A stretch of DNA of 64,000 nucleotides from Takakia lepidozioides (GCA_030704615.1 CM060731.1:76260001-76324000), one strand, 5' to 3'. Shown: positions 49,791-63,559, numbered from the stretch's first letter. A program made the numbers and translations. Notes: a model not told the origin generated them from the sequence alone.

Positions 49791-51716
49791 TCCCTAACAT
49801 TTCGGATTTCCAGGCAATAGTCCCTGGAAATCCTTCTTTCGCAGAGAAGCTTTACAGAAGCACCACGTCACATTGCCTTATCGTTGACGTTCCTCCCATG
49901 TGGTAGGTGAGGGTGTCAGTTTAAGATCCATCAACCAATCAACGGGCCTTGAGTAGGTTGCGGGGACTTCCACTACCGCTCGTGAGGTAAGGCCCTTAGA
50001 CGGGTGTTGTGCAGACTAAGAGGTGCCCGGTTGAAGGTCAAGCCAAAGAAATGCGATCTATGCATGGCTGAACTTCACTTCCTTGGGCACATGCTCTCTG
50101 CAGCAGGTATTAGTCCTGATCCTGCTAAGGTCAAAGTTGTGTGGGAATATCCCCTCCTAGAGATAAGAACTGCGTGCGTGCTTTCTTAGGTTTGGCCTCC
50201 TACAATCGCAAGTTTATCAAGCACTTTGCTAAGATAGCTGCAGCTCTCAACCTCTTGCTTTGCAAAAATGTGAAGTTCACTTGGGGGCCTCAACAACTTT
50301 TTGCCTTTGAGAAGCTCAAGATTGCCTTGACCAGTTCTCCTATCTTGATCTTTCCAGATTTTAGCTAGCCTTTCATTCTTCAGATTGATGCTTCGGACTT
50401 GGCTGTGTCTGCAATCCTATGCCAGAAGCGCGATGGCAAGGAATATGATACGGCTATGATATGATATGATGCCTCTTGCAGGTTAGATAAGCATATCACT
50501 GACAAAGAAGGATTAGCAGTGATCTTTGGGGTTAAACATTTTAGACAATACCTGCATGGGTGTCCTTTTATTGTTGAAACTGACCATCTCCCTTTAAAGG
50601 CACTCAAACTCCTCATGAATTATCCGGGAGGCTTGCAAGGTGGTCTTTGACTCTGCAGATGTTTGACTATGATATTCGTCACAAGAAAGGCAAGGCCAAT
50701 GCCAATGCCAATGCCAATGCCGACGCCCTCACCCGCAACGAGACTAAAGTCCTCTCAACCCTACACATCTGGAAGATCTTGCTCAACAGCTGCCTTCTCG
50801 TGCTTCCTCTTTGCCTTCTACTGTTTTGGATGGTCCTGATTTATTAGCTCTCTTTGCTACTATTCTTTCATCTTCCCTTGATCTTATGTCAGAATGGGAT
50901 CTCCTTTCATTTGCTGCTGGTTAGTGTTTTGACAGAGTGCTGCTCTGTCACTGAGGTCACACACGGTATGGTGGTTCTCTCCTTCTCCTTCGCTGCACCC
51001 TGCTTTCTTGTTACTGCTCATGGTTCTTGTTGAGTCCTCTCCATAGGGAAGTCTGCTTGTATACTTCATTGCGCAGTCTGCTCTCTCATGAAGCAGCCCC
51101 TTGTCAACCAATTGAGTATGGTATGGAGCTCACTGTGGCAGACATTCCTTATATGCTTACACTAACCAAGGCTGTGGCTATGGGCTATGCAGACATGGAA
51201 GATCTACTCCATGGAGTGGGTAATTTGTTTTTGCATATCCAGTAGAAGATAGTCAATTTTCTGTGGTAAAGTAAATTTATTAAGCAATTAATAGTATAGT
51301 AGTAAAGTAAAACTTCTCTTGAGAACAATGGTGGCTCTCTTTCTTCCCCAGACGTTATAAAGCACCATTTCATTTCATTTCCTTGCACAGTCTGTGGTGT
51401 GCTGCAGAGAAGAATAGATGTGGAGCGAACATCAAACATTGCATGGCAGTTTTTCGATTAGTGAGTTGTAGACTTGAATGGCTGACTTGTAAGATTGCCC
51501 AACAAAGCACAGAATCTGAAAGCTTCCCATGATGTCGAGGTGCAACCCACAGCAGTCTTGTGGTGAACCCAACAATATGAAATCACTATACCATTCCGGC
51601 TGCAAAATCCTGATAAAATTCCTCATGGATGAAGATTTTATCAAATGAGTGAAATGAGTGTCGCCTGTTAGATTCACTCAGGCCTACATGTTGCAGCATC
51701 GACACAAGGAAGCTGA

Positions 51717-54700
51717 TCATGCTTTCACACTGGGAACTTTGGACAAAGCTTCACTGATCTTGTCTGCAGGATATTCAAAATCCACAATGCCACCTGCAAG
51801 AAATTTGTCATAGGCAGCGAGATCAAAATGGCCATGCCCACAGAGTGCTGTCACTATCACCTTGCCCTCAGTGCGTGCAAACTTCAAAGCCCCTACACAA
51901 TCCACGTTTCTGACATGTTGAGTCAGCAAACAGATCTACATGGCACTTTCTTAATATCTGAAATAAGAATCAGACCCTGATTTGTGGTTGCAGTCAATTT
52001 CTTGAGAGCGACTAATTCGGGGTAAGGGGATAACGCCAGACACAGCAGCCATCCAACACAAATGCAGGAAACAAGCTTCAGTAGACAACAACCCTAATTC
52101 AGCCTTGTTGTGTCTCTAAATATGCCAAGAATTTATGTGGCCTTGCATTTATGGCAAAGAGCGGTAGGTCAGTTGTAACTTCACTTCAAAGGACATGTCT
52201 GTGTAAAAATATCTGGTGCAAATGATGAAACCTGTGTTGAGCTGGTAAGAGAATGACACCTTCAAAGCACTCAGTCTGGGGGATTGCAAGTGCCTCCATG
52301 AGGCCCATGTTGAAGACATGTGATACCAATGGTGCCATACCATGATAGCGAAGCCCCCCTGCACCAACAAAAAAAAGTTCTTGAACCAGAAAAGGACAGC
52401 CTCATGACCATGGAAATGCTGGGATAAGTCATATGAGACACATAAAAGATAATCTGGGTGGGACTTTCCTTCCATCCTTTTACTAGAAGGCACACCACCC
52501 CCTCAGGTTGTGAATACAGCACTGACAAAAGTGACTATGACGTTCAGGGGAACCCAGTGTGTGCATCTCATGCAGTTCAATATAAGGAATATTGCTCTTA
52601 CCTGCATGAATGGGGTCAGGAATGAAGTCATGACCAAGAGTGTGCATTTTGACAAGGGGGGTGAGCCCAGAAGTGTCCCCATAGTCGTATGCATAAACAA
52701 CTTTTGTCAGAGATGGGCACGCTGCTGGCTCAACTGCTCGGATGATGGGGCTCATTGCCATTTTCTCTCGGATGAACGGAAATGAAAGGCCCCCGAAATT
52801 GGAACCTCCACCAGTGCACCCCACCAAAACATCCGGTGTTTCCCCTAGGATTGCTAGCTGGCGAAGGCACTCCTCACCAATGATGGTCTGGTGCAATAAG
52901 ACGTGGTTCAAGACGCTTCCCAGTGCGTATCGGGTGTCCCCATCAGCTAGTGCTGCCTCCACTGCCTCTGAAATTGCAATCCCTAGGCTGCCAGGGCTGG
53001 CTGCATCTTTTCCTAGAACCGCATGCCCTGCTTGGGAGAGGATTGAGGGGGATGAGTGGACAGTGGCCCCCCAGGTCTCCATCATTGACTTGCGATAGGG
53101 TTTCTGTTCATAGGATGCTCGCACTTGCCACACCTACATGACCACATTCTTCCCGTCATTAGCAGCCAATAGCATTCCAAAGCACCAAAGCACCAAATCC
53201 AGACCAGACCTTACCAAGAGGACACATAGCTCCTTGGGCTTTAATAGTCACAAATTCTACATCTAATTTCTTCTGGTGGCCTGTCTCATGTGAACACAAG
53301 CAACCCAAAGCTCTACTTTGGGTCACAGACCATATGCCTGCCGGTTTGTAGGTGCCCAGGCAAAGAACCTCACCAACAGGATCCTACTCAGGGTGGACAT
53401 AACAAGTAAACTGCGACATGAAAAAGCTACAACAACGATGACTTGGATATTCCAAATAGCTTAGTCTGGAGTCCATTACCTCACATCGGAGATCAAGGCA
53501 AAGGCGAGGGCACTGCCCCCCCTGTCTCTGTAGTGAGCCGCGTCACCCCTTCCTGGGCATTGTACCAGGCCTGGGGAACTGCAGTATTAGGCTTATGTGA
53601 TCCTGCAGGGCTACCACCCTCATATTTGTAATAGATGCGTGCTGGTGTCCCTAGCAACTTCTCCAGGCGCCGAGCTCTGTCCACACCCCAGCTCCTTGGT
53701 TATTTGAAGGAGCGTTCAAGGTAACTGCATTGTCAAGATTGCACTTTTGTCCAGTCAAAGACCAGGCAACTTAACAGACATTGACCCCTTTGAAAATGCA
53801 CCCTCTCTCAATTTAGGCTTGGTTCTAAGTCTTTCGTTGCTTGGTCCTCAAGGAGTCAAAAAGGGAAGTAGTCTTCTTTAATTATGACAGTGAACTCAGA
53901 ACATCTGACAGTTGCTACAGAGTGGAAGCTGAAAGCCTGTTAGAAGATCTGCTACTGTAGAAGCTTGAGAAAGTCCCATAATTGCAGAGATCTCTTGTCA
54001 ACAGTAGCTAAGGTGGGTGAGACCCGTCCTGGCCAATGCCCCCTGGACAGAAGAATTGGATGAGTCTAAAAACATGCTAATATCTTGTGGAAGTCCTGTC
54101 TAATATTACAGTCCTGCTGAACATGGAAGTGAGGACAGCTGTGAACACCGTGCCTGCGGTATCCTCCTTTCAGGTTCACTCAGGGTTTACCTCCCTTCAC
54201 TTTTTTCCTTCTTGCTGTGTTCACCTAGAAAAGTGGATGTAAGAAATTGGTGCACCATGAAAACATCTGCTTAGAAAGCGACATATTACCCTCAAAGGAT
54301 CACTGGGCACTGAGAGATATACAACCTCAAGATTCTGAGTGGGGAAAGGCTTTGGCACTCTTTGAAAGAGATTGAAGGGGCACCTGAAAAGAGGGGTAGG
54401 GCACCACAATTTGTAGACATCAAGCACCTCATCAGGGATAGCGATAAAGCGATCCAGTGAAGCTTCCTGTTGGATGATGGCTGCTGGGAACAAAGTTGCC
54501 AGATCTTGGGGCTGCAATGGCTGCAAAGTTTTTGGGTGTAAAGGAGGTGGTTGTGGCAAGTCCGGGATGATGTTGTACCACTGCCTGGGCATCTGTTCTT
54601 CATCCAGAAGAGTTTTTGTGCGGGACTTCTGATTCAAAGCTTTCTCGCTACTTGTCGCCAAACAATCTATGTGGTGAAAATCTTGCCAGTTTCTCCTCTG

Positions 54701-55284
54701 TTGTCTTGGACTCGACACTGGTCATGAACACACACAAAAATCAGGCTAGAGCTGGTATTCCTCGAATTGGAGAAATTAAGTTGATCACAAGCCAGAATCG
54801 AGCCAGAACTAAATTTCACAAAGACCGACTTGATGCTCAGTTCGACCTACTTCTGTGCACAAAGTGTAAACCTGACGTTGAATCAGCACAGCTACAGGCC
54901 ATGCTCAGACATTTGAAGAATAATAATGGCAGTTCTGTTGTCGCTCTCCGAAAGGAAATCTGCGAATAGGCAATTTGGTAGTATAGTAGGGTGGTCGCCC
55001 ATGAATACCTTCGCAATGAATTGAACGCCTTCAAGTGAATGTCAGCCATGGAAAAAGTGATGATCTACTAGCATTGGATTCATAAAGAGCTGACAGGAAG
55101 AAGTAACAACTAACAACCACTTACCAAACTTTGACAAGCTGAGCTGCGTGCGATTCTCTCCACAACCTCTGGCCTTCCAGGAAACTTCAAATGCATTGAA
55201 CTGAAGTGAGGGTTCACTGTTGGGGGCACTCCCAACTCCCGGAAGTGGATGAAGAGTAACCAATATGGGATTGCAGGTCTGCGT
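51717..55284 (-). pseudogene. Tryptophan synthase beta chain type 2 (TrpB2), copy 2, decayed
   Basis: Same exon structure as copy 1. The putative start is changed ATG to ACG (~55284). Two ~10-nt deletions affect [16 protein letters not shown] (~53495-53525). An 81-nt deletion in the last exon (ARTEG|KVIV) removes IIPAPE..HA. Confidence 0.9.
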
Positions 55285-56768
55285 CTTTGAGCAACCTCTA
55301 TGCAACAGCCGCGGGAGCTGGCACTAAAATAGTTCGCAAGGCAGACTTCTCGATCGCTCACTTGTAGAACGGAACTTACACCCAACGTGGTTAGCACCCA
55401 ACCACACTCAAATTCATAGCTGAAACATTGACTGTTTCGTGTTGAATTACGTCACAACCTATCCCAAGCAAGCGTCGGATGGGCGTGTGGCAAAGAACAC
55501 TGAAGAGTAGCGGTAGCTTTATACTGAGATGCACAAACAAGCGCGGGCAAACGATATGGGATAATTGTATGCATGGTCGTGAAGTGGGTTATTTGTTTTG
55601 TTTTGGACTCACGTTCTTCGAGGAGTTCGCACGGGCCCAACGGATAGCACTAACCCTGGCCTCCCTGTGCAGCAGCGTGCAGAGGGCCTGTTGGATTGTG
55701 CAGCTTTCCATGCCTCCCAGATCGTTGCGGTACGGTGAATTGTGGATTTCTTCATGTGGGTGCACCAGGTTGATGAACTCACAGCGCTGGATCCGTCAGT
55801 GTTGTTGCATTCTTTCTTGTGTGACGCTTCTGCAATTTTGGAGCATTGGGAGAGCTTCGACAGGTTGAAAATCTCTGGTGCTTTTCTTCTTGAAGCTGAT
55901 TATGGCCGGGGTTGCATGGTCTCGTCGGTGCAGCCTACTCGCTGCTGAAATGGATCTTTCTCCAAACTTATTGGGCACTGGCAGAATTTGCAGGTAGAGA
56001 AAGGCGGTGGTTTCAGCCACCTTGCGAAGCTCGGTTGGGTGGCTTTCTTACATTCCCCCTCGCTCCAAAAAAAGTGCCGACAACGTTGTTTTCAGTTCTT
56101 TTTTTGGAGCACCAACATTCGTCAACAGATACGCCACCTTCCCACAGTTTCTTAGAATAGTTTTGATACACCTTCTCATCTGCCTTTGGGTGGTGACCCC
56201 ATGCCCTGAATCATCTTGCCGACATACACGCCTGTTCCAGTGGACATCTCCGATGAATTTCCCCAAGATTGCGGTGTGGGGGGCGAGGCCCTTTGCTTGT
56301 GGGTAAGTTTCAGGGCAGCCCATATGCACTCATTTTGCCTCCAAAGGACTGCAAATATTTACTGCCAAAATTTCTATAAAATAGAAAACAAAATTTGTAT
56401 CAATTTGGAAAGTGGGATCAGTGCCAAGCCTGTTAGAAATTTGACTTTCAATCATTTGTCTTCAGGAAAGGTCTTGATCAGGCATCATTCGGGTTGAGTT
56501 ATTGCAATCAATAGTTACCTAGCAACCACAACGTACATAAAGGGGTTAAAAAGCAAGGCCAACAGATCCTAGATTTGTTAGGATGCCAATAACTATCCAT
56601 TGAATGGTACTTAGAAGAGGTACAACAAAATCACACACAAACTTGTAACCTCTTAGATGAGCTATTCTGCATCTTTGAAATACTTGACTAGTCAAACACA
56701 AAAAATCACGTAACATACATTCGAAGCTTGGGTTCTTACTGGAGCAACTCGTTCTTACTCGTTCTTCC

Positions 56769-59700
56769 TCAAGCAATAATCCTACTCGCAACACTTTCAC
56801 AAAAGCTCGCCTTGTCAACCTCCCTCACTTGAAGGTCTCTCCAAATAAACTCACATAAGAGGGGTAAATGGTCAGATGGAATGACGACAGATGGTAGAGC
56901 ATCAGGGCCTATAGACGCTTGACTTGGTAAATTCCAACGCTTTGTGGGCCATAACTTGGATTGCACCCTGTACCATATGTAGTCGATTGTCACCTTCTTC
57001 TCACCTATTGACCTGCCCAGACCAGAACCTCGTGAGTACAAACGAGACAACATCTTTGTTCCAAATCTTTAGTAGTTTCTGCATATACCAACATTTTACA
57101 ATTTTTCATCTGTTTATATCAGGTCTCTACGGAAACACAAGCAATAGAGAGGTACTGGATCAACCACCATGGCCTACCTGAACTTCCAAGTGGTGAAGGG
57201 AGGCTCTGCAGGTGCCCCACCATCACACACAGTATCGCAAAATCTCGACACAGTTGATTTTTCTACTGCATGAGGAGGGTCACAAATGCAAGTAAGCGCA
57301 AACACACTACGGAGGTGGTGCTGGAGAATCTTGTACACCTCTGATTTTGGATCAGAATTGAAATCCCCACATATTACAATTGGCATTGAAGAGTTGGATG
57401 TCATATTCTTCAACCTCTGCTCAACAACAGCGAAGGACAACAATCGACTCAAAACATCATCAATCATCACCGTGAAACTGGAGTAGATACCTATTGCACA
57501 GAATTAATTGATGGGCCTCCATGATGCAACTCCTAACTGCTCTCTACCCACAGCTCTCTACCCACAGTTTATGGACAATAGTATCATTCCATTTAACTTG
57601 CTGGATCATCCCTTCCCAAGACTCCACCCTCCTCTCCACCAGAAAAGGAGCTCTGAATGTAAGAAAGGAACTGAGAATGATAGACTTCCTTAAGGAGACG
57701 AAAAGGGAAGCTAACTTCAAAAGATCACCCTTGTTTCTGCTGACAGAACAGAGGGTGCAACAAGCAAACATGCTACATGATTGATTAGAGTTTCCTTGAG
57801 TTGCCACTTTATGTATCTAGGAATGTCAATAACCATGCCTGAAGAAGTTGTTGTGCTTGCAGGACCCGCATCTGCTCATTGACAGGGCCTTCTTTGGCCT
57901 GGACCATCCCTTGCACACAACATTCCACACGTCATGTAGTTGGAAGCAGCACTGAGTGGCATTGGTAGAGAGCACCTCTGAGCCCTACTTTTTACTAGGT
58001 GTCTAGTCTAACGGTTCAGCTTTCATCACATTTCTCTGTGAACCATCCAGCAAGTGAGTTTGGAACAGATGCCTGGACAGCAACCCTAAACGGCCCATGA
58101 CTTGGACACAGACCCCCAATCATATTGCACCAGGTGGCGGTGAGAATACGCCACACCTGCTTTTAACGCCAGTGAACCTAGTTGGCCTCATATGAGATCT
58201 GGTTGAATAACTGGTGCTGACCAACCAAGTAGGGCAGGGTTCCATTTTTTGTTCCATGCAGAAACAGCCCATAAATATGTAGAGGAAACCATTAGTGTAG
58301 CTGGTCAGTTTGCTGCATTTTCACTAGTTATCTGGTTCAATCAAATTTCAAGTCTGTTAGTTTTTGCATATGTTCAAAAGTTAGGAGTGATCTTGAATTG
58401 ACAAATAAATTGATGCTTTAGATACCCGTGGAGGCATTCTGCATGCCACAAGAGCACATGATTGAATGAAGTTACCTTGAGATGAGTTGTGGCAACCACA
58501 ATCTCTTCTTTGACTCTCAAGTCTTTGAAACAACAAACAATCCCTCCCTGTTATCCCTAAACAACACACAAGAATCCATCAGAGAGCAAAACTTGGGAGG
58601 CTCCCAACAGGTGACTCAAGTGACGAGAAAAGATGCATCTATTGTGAGCATTTAAGTTTGGTGCAGGCTGGTCATCATCTACCACGGGCCTATAGACTCT
58701 ACTAAGTGGTAACTTCAAAATAAGGCACATGACAGCTTGCCTGATTCTGTAATATTCCCTCGACATCCTCATATTGAAATGCTTTCTGCTCTGCTCTCAC
58801 ACCAGGTACCTACATACCAAATCGAATCAAACAGTGACAGGTCTACAATGCAGTCACCCTGCTCTATTTGCACAGCTTATCTGCCAGCAAAATAAGAATG
58901 GTTGGTAAAACAAGAGTTCTATAAGAATTTTAGACAAAGCAACTCCCTAAGACTGCAAGGGCCATGAGACAAGCACCCAGAAGCTGGAGGTGAGATGTTT
59001 GAAAGAACAGGGCGCATCCATCAGCTGCATTCCCATATTTCTGCAGAACAAAGCACCAGATTCACCACCACCTTTTATTTTCCAGGCTGGAAGAGAGATG
59101 AATTTGTGTCCTATAGCAGTGACTCGTTTCAAGAACCTCTCCTACTCTCGAGCTTAAATATGATAGAAGTTGAACACATCATGCCATAAGAAAACACATT
59201 GTACCATAACCACATTTGGACACCAAAACGCCCCCACCCACCAAATTTCTTCCAATACTGGCCTGTCCTAGGCGTAGAACATGGTGTCTCATGTTACCAT
59301 GGGAGGACCAAATGACCTGTAGGCTCCACTACAGGCAATGGTACATGGTATAGCTTTACCGTCCATGTGTATCAAAGAACACTTTTGGAAGCAGCTTCAC
59401 TTTGGAGGCCTATATGTGCCTGCTGTGATGTTTATCTACAAACATTCCCCCACCCTTGCTGCCATCGATCCTCAATACACTATTGCACAGCCCAAAGTGG
59501 ACATCTTTCTACCATCCTTTACCCCAAAGATGTGAAGAGCTCACAACCAGTAAGTAGAAAAAGACAGAGAAGGGCATGTGAGTGTACCAGAGCCGGAGAG
59601 AAGGGCTTGCTCCAGAAGACCCCTGAATAGCCATGCTGTTGTAGTTCCGGAAGAAGCCAGTCATCTGCAGGTACACTCTCAACAAGTAAACTTCTGTGCT

Positions 59701-60913
59701 ACCATCCCAACAGCTAGCTTAACTACTTATCAAAGCTAGGTCAAAGGCTGAATGAAACATGATAGTTATAGATACCAGGCCCTTGTTCAGTATTCATTCT
59801 TATGTAAATGGACGTAACCAAGCCTAGTTATCTTGAATGTATGCACTCCATCATTGTGCATCTAAAGGCTGTTACGCCCTTGTTCAGTATTCATTCTTAT
59901 GTAAATGGACGTAACCAAGCCTAGTTATCTTGAATGTATGCACTCCATCATTGTGCATCTAAAGGCTGTTACACATGAGGTATTTTACTGATCTTTTACC
60001 AGAGAAAATTGCACATGGTAGAAGAGTGCTAGAAACCCAACAGAACCAATTGATAGCTGTTGATTGCATGACCAGGTTGAGGCTTCTCTACTCCCAGCTA
60101 CCCTTAATAACTCATCTGATGCTTCCTAAGGACCCAATTGTATCCCAGGAGAGAACTTGAAAAGACATTATTCACATCTCACTTTGGGCGTCAGATCATG
60201 TCAGGAACGGTAATGCTATTTGCCTTGGAGGTTTAATTTGCAGGACAAAACAGACTTATTCTGGGTAGCTACAGATGACTACTAATCCCGGCTTATTAGA
60301 ACACGGTTTGTACACTGAACAGTGCGATCAGTTGGTAGGCACCGTAATGATTGAGCTCTTGCATGCAAATGACGTCAGCGTTGGCTTGTAGGACCTCCCT
60401 CAGCAGCACAGGTGCTCTTGCCCTCCATTCGAGTAACGATTTGTGAACCTGGCATCCCACATGGCATCGATCTTTTAAGACCACATAATAGCCACCATAG
60501 GCATCAACACTGTACACCCTCTGTACCGCAACTTTCGTATAGCACTCTTCACTTACAGAGAGAAATTCACATCAGTAAAATAGGTTGTACACTCCTCCTT
60601 CATTGTCTACGATTAAAACAGTTAGTTGAGTGCTCAAACAATGAAAATTCCGCTGCAATTTTCTCGAATTTAAAGTGTGGCTCTCTTGGATCTCAAATCT
60701 TATAAAGAAATGCAGAAGGTTCAGGTTCTATCGAAAACAAATTCTTGAAAAGACCTGAAAATTGCACAGGGGGAGAAGAACACTCACTCTGTGAAAATCG
60801 CCAAATTGCGCCAGCCCATCGGCCAGAACGTTCCATTGCAACAGGCGCAGCGTGGCATCAGTCTGTGGGGGTCTCAAATTGTCCATGATTTTCAAGGCCA
60901 TCACCATCTCCAA
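56769..60913 (-). CDS. Nocturnin/CCR4-like EEP-family phosphatase/deadenylase, multi-exon
   Basis: Exons: LRLLQWNVLADGL (60913-60788); LEW..R...LLREV...ADVICMQELNHY (~60448-60343); WLLPELQQHGYSG..KP.SP (~59665-59588); DGCALFF (~59040-58975); VATTHLK (~58548-58477); ICGDFNSDP..FTTWKFR (~57435-57178); TIDYIWY..PSDHLPL (~57030-56769). Confidence 0.88.
59779..59972 (+). repeat. Exact 97-bp tandem duplication in an intron
   Basis: GCCCTTGTTCAGTATTC...AAAGGCTGTTAC twice (59779-59875 and 59876-59972). Confidence 0.95.
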
Positions 60914-62629
60914 TCAAACATCAATCATATATGTTAACACTCGCGTTATCATAAAGGCCGGCCACTTCAGTGGTTCTCTTTCCTGCCTGGGACACGCAAG
61001 GTAAGTTAGAAGTGCTTGTCTGTGCAGATTTGGCAAGAGCCCCGATCCGGAGCGCGCTAAAGCCGGTCAGAGTCCTAGAAAGGCGGAGTGCGGTAACCCA
61101 CAAGTACCAAAGGTTCGTGGCAGTGGTTGCTTCACTAACAGATAATCTCGCACTCGTATTAGAAGGTGGAGAAAAATATCGGCAAATATGCCGTTGTCCT
61201 GCCGTCCCCAAAACCATGACATAAATAGATGCCTCTGGCTTCTAGGTTCACAACTGATGTGCGCACCTAATTTGTCTGGAGTTGTGTGCCTCTCACTTCA
61301 TAGTAACTGAGTGGCTACAATCTTCACACCCTGCCTAAAACATGGACGGATTGCACAAGCATACAGAAGCACAGAATGTGACATAGCACTCACAAAGTCA
61401 TGGACTGTTGGCATGTTTGCTAGAGCCAATGTTGTTTTCATTTTCGCTCAGATGGACTTTCTTGTATGTTTGACGATGTGACGCACCCTGGGATACACTT
61501 TTCAATTCAAATAGACAGGACCCTCAAAAATGTTCAGTACTTTCAAGCGAGCAGTGTACAGTTTTTCCTTCCCCGCTCTTAATTTCGTGTTGGTAGATCA
61601 ATCACCTATATGAGGATTCATTTGGTTTGGGGTTAAGATCTCTGCAGATGAGTGTTTGATGAAGCAAACTTTGCGCTCCCTAGAAGACATCTACGCTTGC
61701 ACGATTAGCCTCAGTGCAAGGCGCTGTCTGCAGTTGTTGGGCTTTAATGTTACACCAATGGATGCTTTGCATTGTTGTCTGTCTTCCTGATAGATTCTAG
61801 TTAGCTGTGCTATCAAAGCTGGAAGTACTTGGGCGAAGGCGGAAGTCCTGCCAGTACCCCTACATTTTGAACGTGACCAGGAACAGACATGGTGCAGGGA
61901 TCATGAGCGACCATAAACACTTGTGGCACAACAACCATGAACGATCATGATTAGGTCATGAGCCCCAGACCATGAACGGCCAGAGTTATGTAGCCTCATG
62001 ACTCGAGAACCATGAGGGAAGGATGACTGACGGTGATGTCCAATTTCTCTCATAAACCCCTGGTGTATCCCCGACCCTGGCTTGTCTATGTGTCTCTCTC
62101 TCGCACTCTCTCTCTCATGTATGGAGAGTCAATGGCCACAAGGCTACGGCAAGCAACGTCTTATGAGTACATTCTCTCATGTATGGATCTCCCACGGAAG
62201 TAGTAAATTTCTTTCTTTGGGGAGGGCCCCTCTCTCTTTCTTGTTGCATCCTTTCTGTTGTCCCATAAACTCTTTGAGCTTTCCGCAGACATTTTAAAGT
62301 ATCATTTCATTTCTCCCTTCTCTTCCTGTCCCATTCGTCCTCTCCCTTCGACCTTATCATCTCTCCTGAGCTACAGTATCTTTTACGAGACCGTACACCT
62401 GCAGGAGTTACCTGCAGAAGTTGGAGCGGAAATGTGAGCGTGTCAATTGGGGATTACATGGGGACAGGGGTCTCCAGTTCAATTTGCCTGGATACAGCTT
62501 CTCATTTGTCAAGGATGCCTTCGAAAATCCTTCTGCTTACAGTGACTCAGCAGACCCCAAATCTTCTCCAACGGACAAAACCTCATGAGGCCTCTTTATG
62601 GCTCTCTTCACCTCTTTGTGGCTCCATCT

Positions 62630-63248
62630 CGTGCTGACAAGGAGAAAAAGCCGGGCATTGCAGGCTGAGTCTCCAGGCCATCGCATTGCCCAGTTCGACT
62701 GCACAGGCTTCTTCACAAATGCTGCCAATGAATGCAATGCCGCAATGACTACATCTGCGTCCGTCGAAGCAAATAATAAAGACACATGCTGCATCCTAGA
62801 CCATTGACTGCTCATTTCAAGCCAAACAGATATGAACGTACTTATCTGTAATCATGTTCAGACTTACTTAAAGATGCACAGGAGGTATAGAAGTTTCCAT
62901 ATGACAGCCAGACAGTTTAAGAGGATAATGAATATCAGATAAAATATACGGGACGGTGGACCTATATTTTGAGCTAGCTAGATGTCACCTTCAGAAAACT
63001 ATGTGCAGTGCAGACGACAAAATCGAGACATGATGCCGTTAGAATATACCTCATTTGAACTGTTCAAATATTTGTTCATGCAGTTTTCTAGGCTGATTCG
63101 TGTCACCCTAAGAATTTGCAAAACTGCCTCCTTTGGAAAAGGGTTATCTCCCTCCACAAATTCACCTTCCAGCTGCAAATCTTTTCTAGGTTTTACATAC
63201 TTTCCAAAAAAAGCGATTCAACAAATCGACCCAGTGATAGAAGTCACC
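62630..63248 (-). pseudogene. N-terminal fragment of a UPL1/UPL2-like HECT E3 ligase (DUF908 region)
   Basis: Exon 63248-63050 encodes GDFYHWVDLLNRFFGKYVKPRKDLQLEGEF...PFPKEAVLQILRVTRISLENCMNK..SSNE. The exon from 62788 encodes HVSLLFASTDADVVIAALHSLAAF..GDSACNARLF. Similarity is lost after ~62630. Confidence 0.78.
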
Positions 63249-63559
63249 CTGCAATGCAACCAAACTCCATCAGAGTTCAGAGAAACGCCCATGGCAAGAG
63301 GATCTTTTTGGTGATTATGTATAGTCGAGTTGTCTAGTCCCGGATTCCACAGCAAAGGATTTGGGAGTCTCTCATGGTCAAAGCATCGCTTAACATATTC
63401 ATAAAGATCAGATTAGGTCAGAATCTGTGAGGGACCCAAGTGAGAGCACTTGGTGAGATCCGACACATAGAGAAAATTATCGGAGCCATGTATGAATCAG
63501 CAAGGTACCTCCAGCTGTCTTTTGGATTAAAAAGGTGCCCAATGGGAGGCGTGATAGCA

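Larger units (their letters stand above)
41785..49995. mobile_element. PIF/Harbinger (Tourist-like) non-autonomous element, ~430 bp originally, expanded by nested insertions
   Basis: 25-bp TIR GGGCCTTACC(A/T)CACGAGCGG(C/T)AGTG at both ends. TTA TSD at 41782-41784 and 49996-49998. Removing it restores the RT frame I-D-L-R-R-V-L. Confidence 0.92.
38999..50740 (+). mobile_element. Decayed Ty3/gypsy retrotransposon A (gag-protease-dUTPase-RT-RNaseH), split by an 8.2-kb insertion; integrase and 3' LTR not found
   Basis: gag (FENFLNLFE...LKGEARD, 38999-39900); protease (MDTGC..LLLGLDWL); RT (SSWASPIVLVAKKDG..FCVDFR.LN, DLAAGFWQ, MPFGLCNA, YVDD), which resumes at 49996 (LRRVLCRLR...KC..FLGH..GI.PDP.K); RNaseH (DAS..A..L.Q; KE.LAV.FG..HFR.YL.G..F..ETDH; NADALTR). 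Confidence 0.88.

Noticed and set aside
55450-56500. Cluster of short overlapping ORFs
   Set aside because: No recognisable motif or consistent exon structure.
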